A DNA stretch of 64,000 nucleotides from the sequence record DRR723986_4199; one strand, 5' to 3'. The notes under the pieces are model-generated. The model was not told where the DNA came from. It ran no database searches and was given only the letters and a program-made list of their open reading frames with translations. This document shows, piece by piece, positions 33,195 through 43,175 of this stretch. Made by a program: the position numbers and the translations under genes. Position 1 is the stretch's first letter, and each line of letters begins with the position of its first letter.

Positions 33195-34682
33195 ATGGGA
33201 AAGGTCACAGGTTTTATGGAGTTTGAGCGTTTGAAGGAAGCCAGTGAGGCTCCGGAAAAGCGCGTCAAGCACTACAAAGAATTTGTAATTACACTGAACG
33301 ACGACGAAGCCAAAATTCAGGGTGCACGTTGTATGGACTGCGGTATTCCGTTTTGTAACAACGGTTGTCCGGTCAATAACATCATCCCCGACTTCAACGA
33401 CCTGGTGTACAAGCAAGACTGGAAGGCTGCGTTGCAAACACTGCACAGCACCAACAACTTCCCCGAGTTCACGGGCCGCATTTGCCCGGCACCTTGCGAA
33501 GCCGCCTGCACCTTGGGTATTCATGAAGACCCCGTTGGCATCAAGAGCATTGAACACGCCATCATCGACAAGGGTTGGGAAAACAACTGGGTGGTGCCAC
33601 AGGTACCAGCCCAGAAAACCGGCAAGAAAGTGGCTGTGGTGGGTTCAGGCCCTGCAGGCATGGCTGCCGCACAGCAGCTGGCGCGTGTGGGGCACGATGT
33701 GACTGTGTTTGAGAAGAACGACCGCATTGGTGGTTTGCTGCGTTACGGCATTCCCGACTTCAAGATGGAAAAGTATCACATTGACCGCCGTGTTGAGCAA
33801 ATGCAAGCCGAAGGCGTGACCTTCAAGACAGGTGTGTTTGTGGGCGAAAAGCTGGCTGAGGGTGGCATCACCAATTTGGCCAAGGAAACCGTTACACCGA
33901 AAGAATTGATGGCTCAGTTTGACGCCGTTATTTTGACGGGTGGATCTGAAGTGCCACGCGACTTGCCAATTCCCGGTCGTCAGTTGAAAGGTGTTCATTT
34001 TGCGATGGAATTCTTGCCACTGCAAAACCGCGTGAATGCCGGCGACAAGTTGAAAGACCAGATCATGGCCACGAAGAAGAATGTGCTGGTGATTGGCGGC
34101 GGTGACACGGGCTCGGACTGTGTTGGCACATCCAACCGCCACGGTGCCAAGCAGGTCACTCAAATTGAATTGATGCCTCAGCCACCCGAAGAGGAAAACA
34201 AGCCTTTGGTGTGGCCTTATTGGCCCATGAAAATGCGCACTTCTTCTTCCCACGAAGAAGGTGTGCAGCGTGACTGGGCAGTGACCACCAAGGAATTCAT
34301 CGACGATGGCAAAGGCAATGTAAAAGCAGCCAAGTGCGCCAAAGTCGAATGGGTGAAAGACGAAGCCACCGGTCAGATGAAGATGCAAGAAATTGCAGGT
34401 TCCGAGTTCATGATCGAGGCTGATCTGGTGTTGTTCGCCATGGGCTTTACCAACCCCGCGAAGAGTATTCTGGACGCCTTTGGTGTTGAAAAAGACAACC
34501 GTGGCAACGCCAAAGCCGCCACGGATGGTGAAGGCTGCTACCGCACCAATGTGGACAAAGTATTCGCTGCGGGCGACATGCGCCGAGGCCAGTCGCTGGT
34601 GGTGTGGGCGATTCGAGAAGGCCGTCAGGCCGCACGTGAGGTGGATGAGTTCCTGATGGGCGCGACCGTATTGCCGCGTTAA
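33195..34682 (+). CDS. gltD: Glutamate synthase small subunit
   Basis: [37 protein letters not shown]. Confidence 0.99.
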   Translation: MGKVTGFMEFERLKEASEAPEKRVKHYKEFVITLNDDEAKIQGARCMDCGIPFCNNGCPVNNIIPDFNDLVYKQDWKAALQTLHSTNNFPEFTGRICPAPCEAACTLGIHEDPVGIKSIEHAIIDKGWENNWVVPQVPAQKTGKKVAVVGSGPAGMAAAQQLARVGHDVTVFEKNDRIGGLLRYGIPDFKMEKYHIDRRVEQMQAEGVTFKTGVFVGEKLAEGGITNLAKETVTPKELMAQFDAVILTGGSEVPRDLPIPGRQLKGVHFAMEFLPLQNRVNAGDKLKDQIMATKKNVLVIGGGDTGSDCVGTSNRHGAKQVTQIELMPQPPEEENKPLVWPYWPMKMRTSSSHEEGVQRDWAVTTKEFIDDGKGNVKAAKCAKVEWVKDEATGQMKMQEIAGSEFMIEADLVLFAMGFTNPAKSILDAFGVEKDNRGNAKAATDGEGCYRTNVDKVFAAGDMRRGQSLVVWAIREGRQAAREVDEFLMGATVLPR

Positions 34683-34715
34683 TCGGAATTCACCAAGTCA
34701 TCAAATTGGTCGTAA

Positions 34716-34749
34716 AAAAAAGCCGCTGATTTCGATCAGCGGCTTTTTT
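34716..34749. terminator. Bidirectional terminator between gltD and mscS
   Basis: AAAAAAGCCGCTGAT-TTCG-ATCAGCGGCTTTTTT perfect stem, UUCG loop. Confidence 0.92.
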
Positions 34750-34811
34750 GTTGTGCCTCGGTAGGTGGTGTCGATGCAGTTCACAAACCTCGGCACGCCC
34801 ATGACCAACAA

Positions 34812-35708
34812 TCAGCTCGACGTGATCTGGGCTGGCAAGTCCGCCGTACTTCCTGTACTCGGGCACATGGTGACATGCGGGAATGGAATTTCAATACCCA
34901 CATTGTCAAATGCCGCTTTGATGCGCTTGTTGTACTCGCGTCGAATACCCCATTGTTCACCAGGAAGTGTTTTAAAACGCACCCGAATGATCACCGCAGA
35001 ATCGGCAAGTTCTTGCACGCCAAAGGTTGACATGGGTTCGGTAATCTTCGATCCCCAATCCTTGTCCTCGGCCAATTCGGTGCCTACTTTTTGCATCACC
35101 TGAATTGCAGCGTCGACATCTTCTTTGTAGGCGATACCCACATCAACCACCGCATAGGCAAAGTCCATGGTGGAGTTGGTGACGGAATCAATTTGACCGT
35201 TTGGCACAAAATGCACATTGCCGTGGGCGTCACGCAGCCGCACATACCGCAAAGTCACATTTTCGACTGTGCCGCTTTTGCCACCCACTTCAATGAAGTC
35301 GCCCGCGCGAATCTGGTTTTCAATCAGCAAAACAATTCCGGTGAAGTAGTCTTTCACCAAGCTTTGCGCACCAAAGCCAACCGCCAAACCAACCACACCG
35401 GCAGCAGCCAGTACTGGTGCAATGGAAATACCGATGGTACCCAGGGCGATCAGGGCGCCCAACAGCAAGATGACCACATTGGCCACATACTTGAGCACGC
35501 GTATCAGGGTTTCGATTCGTTTCTGATCATCGAGCGTTTTGCTGCGGCCTTGCATCCGGTTGCCAACCCGATCAATGGCAGCCTTCACCAGGCGCAATAC
35601 CACCAGGGCTACGATAATCACCAGGATGAATTTGGTGGCCTGAAGGCCCAGATCCAGCAATCTGGCTGGTTCGATGTACTTGAATAGGGTTTCGAGTTGT
35701 TCGTTCAT
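34812..35708 (-). CDS. MscS-family small-conductance mechanosensitive channel (YbiO-like)
   Basis: AGVVGLAVGFGAQSLVKD, GDFIEV, VPNG, IEIPFP. Confidence 0.94.
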   Translation of the reverse strand: MNEQLETLFKYIEPARLLDLGLQATKFILVIIVALVVLRLVKAAIDRVGNRMQGRSKTLDDQKRIETLIRVLKYVANVVILLLGALIALGTIGISIAPVLAAAGVVGLAVGFGAQSLVKDYFTGIVLLIENQIRAGDFIEVGGKSGTVENVTLRYVRLRDAHGNVHFVPNGQIDSVTNSTMDFAYAVVDVGIAYKEDVDAAIQVMQKVGTELAEDKDWGSKITEPMSTFGVQELADSAVIIRVRFKTLPGEQWGIRREYNKRIKAAFDNVGIEIPFPHVTMCPSTGSTADLPAQITSS

Positions 35709-35773
35709 AGTGCTCCCACTGCTTGAAAGAACTCCCTATTGTACATGACTGAAAAAACGACCCGGTTTCACAC

Positions 35774-35802
35774 TGGAACTTGCGTCTCGATGTGGCTACT
35801 CA
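35774..35802 (+). promoter_or_regulatory. ECF-sigma (hrp-box-like) promoter candidate
   Basis: TGGAACT-N15-CTACTCA, 30 nt upstream of ATG 35833. Confidence 0.45.
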
Positions 35803-35832
35803 ATAGTCCTGCAAACGTGCGGTAAAACTGTC

Positions 35833-36456
35833 ATGAGACCACCTTCACTTAATCTGAGCCTCGATGTGCCCGTGCCAAGCCTGGTGCGCACCAGCCATGG
35901 CCTGCCCGTGGATCCACAAGCCTTGAACAAAGAGCCGCCACGTATTGGGTCAGCCTTGGCTGAAATTTTGAACACACCCGATGCAGGCAAATTGTTGTTG
36001 GGTTTGAATGAACTGTTTGGCAGTGCCAGCGAGTATGCAATCGGAGGAAGTGTCGCCTTGGCGCTTCATCATCGATCGAACGCAGACTCAACCGCACGTA
36101 GACCCAATGATCTGGATGTGGTGGTGAGCCCCTCGGGCATGGACCGTTTGTCCGATCTTGATCACCTGGGCTTGAGTCAACTCGGGTTTAAATCCGAGCC
36201 TGGAAACACCGAAAGCCTGAGCTGGGCAGGGCAGGGGCGTGAGTCACTGGTGGTGGATGTAGTGCCCGCCAAAAACAGCATCGCTGGTCGGGGTTTTGAA
36301 CGCCGGCAGATGCACGGGGGAGTCAATGTCATTCCACTCCAGGCGCTGGTCGACAATTTGACTTACAGAGTACGAAGCGAGCCCGCCAATCAGCAGGCTC
36401 GGAGCGATCTTGCACGTGGCCTTGAATTGTTGGATGCAGCCAAAGGCGTTGCTTGA
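35833..36456 (+). CDS. Putative nucleotidyltransferase (Pol-beta superfamily motif) with Pro/Ser-rich N-terminal extension
   Basis: YAIGGSVALALH...RRPNDLDVVV and a later VDVV acidic strand fit the hG[GS]...DxD...D signature. Confidence 0.7.
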   Translation: MRPPSLNLSLDVPVPSLVRTSHGLPVDPQALNKEPPRIGSALAEILNTPDAGKLLLGLNELFGSASEYAIGGSVALALHHRSNADSTARRPNDLDVVVSPSGMDRLSDLDHLGLSQLGFKSEPGNTESLSWAGQGRESLVVDVVPAKNSIAGRGFERRQMHGGVNVIPLQALVDNLTYRVRSEPANQQARSDLARGLELLDAAKGVA

Positions 36457-39339
36457 TTACAAGCCATTGGCGCGTTGTGCCTTGTCAGACTCATCGTTGT
36501 AAAAGCGTGCCAAAAATTTTCCGGTGTGGCTGTTTGCATTTTTTGCAATGTCCATGGGTGTGCCTTCAGCAATCAGCATGCCGCCGTTGTCGCCACCTTC
36601 TGGGCCCATGTCCAATATCCAGTCAGCACACTTGATCACGTCCAGATTGTGCTCAATCACCAGTACAGTGTTGCCCTGCTCAACCAGTGGATTCAACACC
36701 TTCAGAAGCATGGCAATGTCATGGAAGTGAAGGCCGGTGGTGGGCTCGTCCAGTATGTACAAGGTTTTTCCGGTGTCGCGTTTCGACAGCTCAAGAGACA
36801 ACTTGACCCGTTGCGCTTCACCGCCCGACAGTGTCGTGGCCGACTGTCCGAGGCGAATGTAACCCAAACCCACATCAATCAGGGTTTGCAGTTTGCGTGC
36901 AATATTGGGTACGGCTGAGAAGACTTCCAGGGCCTGCTCTACGGTTAGCTCCAAGATTTCGGCTATGCTTTTTCCACGGTACAAAATTTCCAGTGTTTCC
37001 CGGTTGTAGCGTTTGCCATGGCATACATCGCAAGGCACATACAGGTCGGGTAAAAAGTGCATTTCTACCTTCACAACGCCATCGCCCTGGCAGGCTTCAC
37101 AGCGCCCACCTTTTACGTTAAACGAGAAGCGGCCCACATCGTAGCCGCGCTCACGTGCTGCAGGTACACCCGCAAACAATTCACGAATGGGTGTGAACAA
37201 CCCTGTGTAAGTGGCTGGGTTGCTTCGGGGTGTGCGGCCAATCGGGCTTTGGTCGACTGCAATGACTTTGTCGAAATGTTCAAGCCCGCTGATGTGGCTG
37301 TGTGGTGCGCCTTCCTTGTGCGCACGATTGAGTTGATGCGCAGCCTCGGCCAACAAAGTGTCGTTGATCAGGGTTGATTTGCCTGAACCTGAAACACCCG
37401 TCACACACACAAACAAACCCACCGGAATGCTTGCAGTGACATCTTTCAGGTTATTGCCGGTGGCATGGTGAATGGTCAGCATGCGCGTTGGGTCGGGTGT
37501 GCGTAGTGGGCTTAAGCGTTCAATTTTTCGCTTGCCATTCAGGTACTGGCCTGTCAGTGATTCCGGGCTGGCCAGAATTTCAGCAGGTGTGCCTTGTGCA
37601 ACCACTTGGCCACCGTGCTCGCCAGCGCCCGGACCCATGTCCACCACATAATCGGCGCAGCGAATGGCATCCTCGTCATGTTCAACCACCAGCACCGTGT
37701 TGCCCAAGTTCTTCAGGCGCAACAGGGTTTGTATCAGGCGGTCGTTGTCGCGCTGGTGCAAACCAATCGAGGGTTCATCCAGTACATACATCACACCGGT
37801 CAGGCCCGAGCCAATTTGGCTGGCCAGTCGAATGCGCTGGCTCTCGCCGCCGCTAAGCGTATCTGCACTGCGGTTCAGCGTTAAATAGTTCAACCCCACA
37901 TCATTCAAAAACTGCAATCGTGCCTTGATTTCGACCACAATTTTTTCTGCAATCTGGCCTTTTGCGCCCTGCATTTGCAGGGTTTCAAAATAGCTCAAGG
38001 CTTTGTGAATAGGCAGTTCAGTAACCTGGTGCAAGGCCTTGCGATGTTCGTGTTCACCGATGAACACGTGGCGCGCACCGGTTTTCAGGCGAGAACCCTG
38101 ACAGGCCTGGCAACTTCGCACCGCCATCAGTTTGCCGAGCTCATCGCGTACCGCAGAGGAATCGGTGTCGCGATGGCGGCGCGTGAGGTTCGGCAATATG
38201 CCTTCAAAGGCATGGGTTTTGGCCACTGGTTTGCTGCGTTCACTCAAATAGGTGAACGTAATTTGTTCGCTGCCAGAACCGTAGAGCACCACCTCCTGTA
38301 CATCTTCCGGCAACTCATTCCATGGCGATTCCGGGTCGAAGCCATAATGCGCCGCCAGGCTTTGAATCATCTGGTAGTACAGAGCGTTACGACGATCCCA
38401 TCCGCTGATTGCACCCGCCGCCAGCGATATATCAGGGTGGGCCACCACGCGCAACGGGTCGAAAAAGGTTTCATGGCCCAGGCCATCACACACCGGGCAG
38501 GCGCCTGCAGGGTTGTTGAACGAGAACAAACGTGGTTCCAGTTCGGTCAGGCTGTAGTCACACACCGGGCAGGCAAATTTGCTCGAGAACACAGTTTCAG
38601 TGTTGGTGTCCAGGTTCACCGCAACAGCCTTGCCGTCACTCAAGCGCAATGCGGTCTCGAAACTTTCCGCAAGGCGCTGGCGGGCATCCACGCGCACTTT
38701 CAGGCGATCAACCACCACGTCCAGATTGTGCTTGTGGTGTTTGTCCAGCGGCGGGAGTTTGTCCAGTTCCAGAATTTCCGGGGCGTCTTGCGGGCCCTTT
38801 TTCAGGCGAATGCGCACGAAGCCCTGCGCGCGCAGGTCGTTGAGCAAATCCACATGTTCGCCTTTGCGCTGGTTCAGCACCGGCGCCAAAATCATGATGC
38901 GCGCCTCCTCAGGCCAGGCCAGCACGGTGTCCACCATTTCTGAAACTGTTTGAACACTCAGTTCCATGTCATGTTCAGGGCAGCGGGGTGTGCCTGCACG
39001 GGCAAACAACAGCCGCAGATAATCGTGAATTTCAGTTACTGTGCCCACAGTGGAACGCGGGTTGTGGCTGGTGGCCTTCTGTTCGATTGAGATAGCCGGG
39101 GAGAGGCCCTCGATCAAGTCCACATCGGGCTTCTCCATGAGTTGAAGAAACTGGCGGGCGTAGGCGGACAAACTTTCCACATACCGGCGTTGGCCCTCGG
39201 CATACAAGGTGTCAAACGCCAGGCTGGATTTTCCAGAGCCCGACAGCCCAGTCAGCACCACAAGCGAGTCGCGGGGCAAGTCGAGCGAAATGTTTTTCAG
39301 GTTGTGGGTTCTAGCGCCACGAATGCGAATGGAGTTCAT
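36457..39339 (-). CDS. uvrA: Excinuclease ABC subunit A
   Basis: [10 protein letters not shown], two Walker A motifs ([16 protein letters not shown]), zinc fingers, LSGGE twice. Confidence 0.99.
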   Translation of the reverse strand: MNSIRIRGARTHNLKNISLDLPRDSLVVLTGLSGSGKSSLAFDTLYAEGQRRYVESLSAYARQFLQLMEKPDVDLIEGLSPAISIEQKATSHNPRSTVGTVTEIHDYLRLLFARAGTPRCPEHDMELSVQTVSEMVDTVLAWPEEARIMILAPVLNQRKGEHVDLLNDLRAQGFVRIRLKKGPQDAPEILELDKLPPLDKHHKHNLDVVVDRLKVRVDARQRLAESFETALRLSDGKAVAVNLDTNTETVFSSKFACPVCDYSLTELEPRLFSFNNPAGACPVCDGLGHETFFDPLRVVAHPDISLAAGAISGWDRRNALYYQMIQSLAAHYGFDPESPWNELPEDVQEVVLYGSGSEQITFTYLSERSKPVAKTHAFEGILPNLTRRHRDTDSSAVRDELGKLMAVRSCQACQGSRLKTGARHVFIGEHEHRKALHQVTELPIHKALSYFETLQMQGAKGQIAEKIVVEIKARLQFLNDVGLNYLTLNRSADTLSGGESQRIRLASQIGSGLTGVMYVLDEPSIGLHQRDNDRLIQTLLRLKNLGNTVLVVEHDEDAIRCADYVVDMGPGAGEHGGQVVAQGTPAEILASPESLTGQYLNGKRKIERLSPLRTPDPTRMLTIHHATGNNLKDVTASIPVGLFVCVTGVSGSGKSTLINDTLLAEAAHQLNRAHKEGAPHSHISGLEHFDKVIAVDQSPIGRTPRSNPATYTGLFTPIRELFAGVPAARERGYDVGRFSFNVKGGRCEACQGDGVVKVEMHFLPDLYVPCDVCHGKRYNRETLEILYRGKSIAEILELTVEQALEVFSAVPNIARKLQTLIDVGLGYIRLGQSATTLSGGEAQRVKLSLELSKRDTGKTLYILDEPTTGLHFHDIAMLLKVLNPLVEQGNTVLVIEHNLDVIKCADWILDMGPEGGDNGGMLIAEGTPMDIAKNANSHTGKFLARFYNDESDKAQRANGL

Positions 39340-39441
39340 GCGGTACAGCAAATGGAATCAGCGGCCAACCTGATACTATAGACGGTTTCCCGGAATAAGA
39401 CATCTGCGAGGGTGGTTCAAGCCCTTGAATTTCAATCAAAC

Positions 39442-40719
39442 ATGAGCCGCAAGACCGTGAGTCACACCGCAGCCCCCGATGCTTTCAAAATGCTGCCCGC
39501 CGAGCGCAAGGCTGCCGGGTGGCTGGCCAGCATTTATGCATTGCGCATGTTTGGCATGTTCATGATTCTGCCGGTGTTTTCATTGCATGCCACCGGCATG
39601 CCCGGCGGCGATAATTTGAGCTTGGTGGGGCTGGCCATGGGAATTTACGGCCTTGCTCAGGCCTGTATGCAAATTCCCCTGGGCTGGGCTTCTGACAAGC
39701 TGGGCAGAAAACCAATTATCGTGGGTGGCCTGTTGCTGTTTGCAGTTGGCTGTTGGTTGGGCTATGTGGCTGAAACGGTTGAGCAGTTGGTGTGGGCTCG
39801 CGCCTTGCAGGGCGCAGGCGCCATCTCGGCAGCCCTGTCGGCTTTGCTGGCCGATGTTACCCGCGACGAGGTGCGCTCCAAGGGCATGGCCATGATCGGT
39901 GCATCGATTGGTGTTACTTTTGCCTTGTCGCTCGTGTTTTCACCGGTTTTATACAAGTTTTTCGGTTTGAGTGGGCTGTTTGCCATGACAGGTGTACTGA
40001 GTATTCTGGGCATTGGTGTAGTGATTTTCTTGCTGCCCACACCGAATTTGGTGGATCAGGAAGCCAAGCTCAAGGGCAGTTTTGCCGATGGCTGGGCCGT
40101 ACTGACCCAGCCCGACTTGTTGCGCTTGAACCTGGGTATTTTTACCCTGCATCTAACGCAAATGTCTCTTTTTGTGGTGGTGCCCAGCCTGCTGCTCAGT
40201 GGCCTTGAATTGCCGTTGGCTGAACATTGGAAAGTGTACTTGCCAGTGGTGCTGGGCTCGTTTGTGCTTATGGTGCCATTGATGGTGTGGGCCGAGAAAA
40301 AAGCGAAAACCAAGCAGGTCAAGTTGGGTTCAATCGGCCTGATGGGAGCGGTATTACTGGGCTTCGTATTGTTCTCCAACCAGGGTTGGGTGCTGGTTTT
40401 GCTGTTGCTGGCCTACTTTGTCGGTTTTAATTTGCTGGAGGCTACCCTTCCCTCGTGGGTGTCACGAGTGGCACCGCTCAGTCACCGGGGTTTGGCCCTG
40501 GGTGTATATAATACTTCTCAGGCATTGGGGCTTTTTGCAGGTGGCGCTTTGGGCGGGCTTGCGTTTCGCCACCTGGGCGCGCAAGGTGTGTTTGAGGGTG
40601 CGTTGTTGCTCGTGGTTGTGTGGTTATTGTTGGCAATGGGAATTAAAGCGCTGCCCCCACGCGCATCCGCAGTGGTCCCTGTTCGGACTCCTGCTGATGG
40701 CTCGGCAAGTCCTCTTTAG
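39442..40719 (+). CDS. MFS transporter (YajR-like)
   Basis: LRMFGMFMILPV, SDKLGRKP, GFNLLEA; typical uvrA-MFS-ssb order; start uncertain. Confidence 0.9.
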   Translation: MSRKTVSHTAAPDAFKMLPAERKAAGWLASIYALRMFGMFMILPVFSLHATGMPGGDNLSLVGLAMGIYGLAQACMQIPLGWASDKLGRKPIIVGGLLLFAVGCWLGYVAETVEQLVWARALQGAGAISAALSALLADVTRDEVRSKGMAMIGASIGVTFALSLVFSPVLYKFFGLSGLFAMTGVLSILGIGVVIFLLPTPNLVDQEAKLKGSFADGWAVLTQPDLLRLNLGIFTLHLTQMSLFVVVPSLLLSGLELPLAEHWKVYLPVVLGSFVLMVPLMVWAEKKAKTKQVKLGSIGLMGAVLLGFVLFSNQGWVLVLLLLAYFVGFNLLEATLPSWVSRVAPLSHRGLALGVYNTSQALGLFAGGALGGLAFRHLGAQGVFEGALLLVVVWLLLAMGIKALPPRASAVVPVRTPADGSASPL

Positions 40720-40811
40720 TTGCACCCGGCACCCAACTCGGCGCGGCGGTCACGGGTCCCGCTCAAATGCATTTCATTAGGTATTCAAGAATTTAAGGAG
40801 CAATTCATTCC

Positions 40812-41303
40812 ATGGCCTCAGTAAACAAAGTAATTCTGGTTGGTAATTTGGGCAAAGACCCCGACGTGCGTTACCTGCCCGATGGCGGTGCAGTGGTGAA
40901 CCTGGCCTTGGCCACATCCAGCAACTGGAAAGACAAAAACACAGGCGAGAAGCGTGAAGAGACTGAATGGCACCGGGTGGTGATTTATGGCCGCCTGGCG
41001 GAAATTGCAGGCGAGTACTGCAAGAAAGGCCGCTCGGTGTATATCGAAGGTCGTTTGAAAACACGCAAGTGGCAAGACCAGTCGGGCGTGGACAAATACA
41101 CCACGGAAATTATTGCGGATCAAATGCAATTGCTGGGTGGCCGTGAAAGTGGCGGCGGTGGTTCTTCCATGGGCGGCAGTGATGATTTTGACCAGTCACC
41201 TGCACCTAGCCGCAGCTCTGGCGGCATGCGCTCTTCAGCACCTTCGCCGCAGCGCTCTGCTCCACAAAGTGTGGCTGATCTGGATGACGACATCCCCTTT
41301 TGA
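40812..41303 (+). CDS. ssb: Single-stranded DNA-binding protein
   Basis: [24 protein letters not shown]-terminal DDDIPF. Confidence 0.99.
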   Translation: MASVNKVILVGNLGKDPDVRYLPDGGAVVNLALATSSNWKDKNTGEKREETEWHRVVIYGRLAEIAGEYCKKGRSVYIEGRLKTRKWQDQSGVDKYTTEIIADQMQLLGGRESGGGGSSMGGSDDFDQSPAPSRSSGGMRSSAPSPQRSAPQSVADLDDDIPF

Positions 41304-41325
41304 ACGCCGCATTGCAGTAACTCCG

Positions 41326-41361
41326 AAAGCCTGTGTGCCTGTTACGGCCACAGGCTTTTTT
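41326..41361 (+). terminator. Intrinsic terminator after ssb
   Basis: AAAGCCTGTG(T)GCC-TGTTAC-GGCCACAGGCTTTTTT. Confidence 0.85.
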
Positions 41362-41432
41362 CATCGACCTGCTTGTTCTTCCCGAAAAGCCTCAGTATGC
41401 TAATCGCAATAAGCAATAGTGCAGGGGGTTGT

Positions 41433-41858
41433 ATGAAGTATCGGTTTGGTTTGCTGGGTATTTTTTTGGCAGCTTTCGCGACCATGTCGCACGCGGAAAC
41501 CCAATTGCCTCCGGAGCACCCGTTGGTGGGCTTGTGGCGAATCAACCTGCCTGAACAAGCCTGTTCCGAAATTTATGACATTCGTCCCGATGGAACCACG
41601 CAAATTCTCAGTGGCGGTCAGGTGGTTCAAACACGGTATGACATCAGTTTGCGGCCTGATTCACAGGGGTTCTACAAGTGGGTCGACACCGTAGTGCAGG
41701 TGAATGACCAGCCGGATTGCATGGGGCACAAAGTACCCAATGGCAACGTGGCCACCAATTACATCGTGATGCATGCCACCGGCTCCAAATTCATGATGTG
41801 CCAGAAGGCAGAGCTTGACACCTGTTTTGGGCCCTTTCTGAAAGAGTCGGGCATCTAG
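41433..41858 (+). CDS. Exported hypothetical protein
   Basis: Signal peptide MKYRFGLLGIFLAAFATMSHA; LVGLW beta-barrel-like start; 4 Cys; GGGGG SD. Confidence 0.75.
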   Translation: MKYRFGLLGIFLAAFATMSHAETQLPPEHPLVGLWRINLPEQACSEIYDIRPDGTTQILSGGQVVQTRYDISLRPDSQGFYKWVDTVVQVNDQPDCMGHKVPNGNVATNYIVMHATGSKFMMCQKAELDTCFGPFLKESGI

Positions 41859-41876
41859 CCTGGGTGTACCTGCTCT

Positions 41877-41978
41877 TCACGAGCTACCGAGCAGGTGCGA
41901 CAGCAAGGTTCGCAATTTGGCTGCACTGAGCGGCTTGTGAACCAAAGGGAAGCCGGATGCCATCGCCTTGCGAATTGC
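41877..41978 (-). pseudogene. C-terminal remnant resembling a hybrid histidine-kinase receiver tail
   Basis: Alternative frame reads AIRKAMASGFPLVHKPLSAAKLRTLLSHLLGSS*, with the receiver KP motif and final helix. Confidence 0.65.
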
Positions 41979-42366
41979 TGATTTCGGGGGGGATGTGATG
42001 TTCACCGTTGATGACTTTCCACAGGCCGTTCAACATGTCTTCAGCGCTGCCGGATTTCGAGACAAAGCCTTGGGCTCCACAGCGTATCCCCTCTGCAATC
42101 GCGCGTTGGTCCGCAGCGCCGGAAATCAGGGTAATTGGGCTGGTTGGGAATGCGCCCTTCAGTGCCAGCAGGCCTTCCAGACCTTGAAGACCTGGCAGCT
42201 GCATGTCCAGCAACACCAGGTCAAATTCGCTGATGTGGTTCGCAACTGCGACAGCCTCCTGCACAGTGCCACACTCGTGTATGTCAACGGTCTGGTCAAG
42301 TCTCAGCAAGATGTGGCGTAGCCCCTCGCGGAACAGTAAGTGATCATCAACAACCAGTAATTTCAT
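41884..42366 (-). pseudogene. NarL/LuxR-type response regulator truncated after the receiver domain (no HTH)
   Basis: MKLLVVDDHLLFREGL, LLDMQLPG, GAQGFVSK, GEHHIPPE, then unrelated sequence and stop at 160 aa. Confidence 0.75.
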
Positions 42367-42457
42367 GCTGTGGGTGCAGTTTTTTTTGATGTTGACAAAT
42401 TCAGGTACTGTACGCAACTGAAATCGTATCGTCTTTATGGACGAGACGCTGTCTTGA

Positions 42458-42489
42458 TGCACAATTGCACAATTGCACAATTGCACGAT
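42458..42489. repeat. Tandem repeat (TGCACAAT)x3 + TGCACGAT
   Basis: Read directly in the divergent intergenic region. Confidence 0.95.
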
Positions 42490-42511
42490 ATATGATCTCT
42501 CAGGATGTCCC

Positions 42512-43171
42512 ATGCCCCATGTCGCCTTGCTGGCTCAGCAAACCAGAGCAGTCCAGGTTCGCAATATTTTTTGCATCGGTCGAAATTACGCCGCACACAT
42601 TGCCGAGTTGGGCAATCGACCCGAGGAAGATCCGGTGGTGTTTATGAAACCCACATCGGCCCTGCACCCGCCGGGAACACCGATTGTGTTGCCGGCACAC
42701 TCAAGTGATGTGCATTACGAGGCCGAACTGGTTTTACTGGTGGGGCAGGGTGGAAAAAACATTGCCGAAGACAAGGCATTGAAGCACATCGCCGGCTATG
42801 GCCTAGGCCTTGATCTGACCGCACGCGATCTGCAGACCAAAGCCAAGCAGGGTGGCTTGCCTTGGGCTGTGGCCAAGGGTTTTGACTGTTCCGCTACAGT
42901 GACACAGTTTGTGCCCGCAGAGCACATTGAGCACCCGCACAGCATTGAGTTTCAAATGCATTTGAACGGACAAATTCGGCAGCACGGTGATGTCCGGAAA
43001 ATGCTGTTTCCAATTCCGTTTATCGTGCGTTACTTGAGTCAGGTGTTTACCCTGCAAGAGGGTGATCTTGTTTTCACAGGAACTCCCGAGGGCGTAGGGC
43101 CTCTAAAAGGCGGCGATCAAGTCCGTTTGATTCTTCCCGGCTTGATCGATACTGAATTCAAAGTGAGTTGA
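42512..43171 (+). CDS. Fumarylacetoacetate hydrolase family protein (YcgM/FAHD-like)
   Basis: CIGRNYAAH, FMKP, HYEAEL, DLTARD, TGTPEGVG. Confidence 0.95.
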   Translation: MPHVALLAQQTRAVQVRNIFCIGRNYAAHIAELGNRPEEDPVVFMKPTSALHPPGTPIVLPAHSSDVHYEAELVLLVGQGGKNIAEDKALKHIAGYGLGLDLTARDLQTKAKQGGLPWAVAKGFDCSATVTQFVPAEHIEHPHSIEFQMHLNGQIRQHGDVRKMLFPIPFIVRYLSQVFTLQEGDLVFTGTPEGVGPLKGGDQVRLILPGLIDTEFKVS

Positions 43172-43175
43172 TTCA

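Noticed and set aside
37975-38943. 322-aa plus-strand ORF inside uvrA
   Set aside because: Antisense shadow of a conserved gene
39370-39385. Possible LexA box CTGATACTATAGACGG upstream of uvrA
   Set aside because: Both half-sites deviate from CTGT-N8-ACAG; too weak to call
41857-41883. Read-through past the regulator's TAG giving LVKSRYTQA, reminiscent of a LuxR HTH end
   Set aside because: The HTH core is absent, and the shifted-frame kinase tail explains the DNA better
42458-42489. Repeat considered as a CRISPR remnant
   Set aside because: 8-bp units with no spacers and no cas genes
42367-42513. Upstream extensions of the regulator and FAH ORFs across the tandem repeat
   Set aside because: Family-like sequence starts at ATG 42366 and ATG 42512; the extensions overlap each other and look fortuitous
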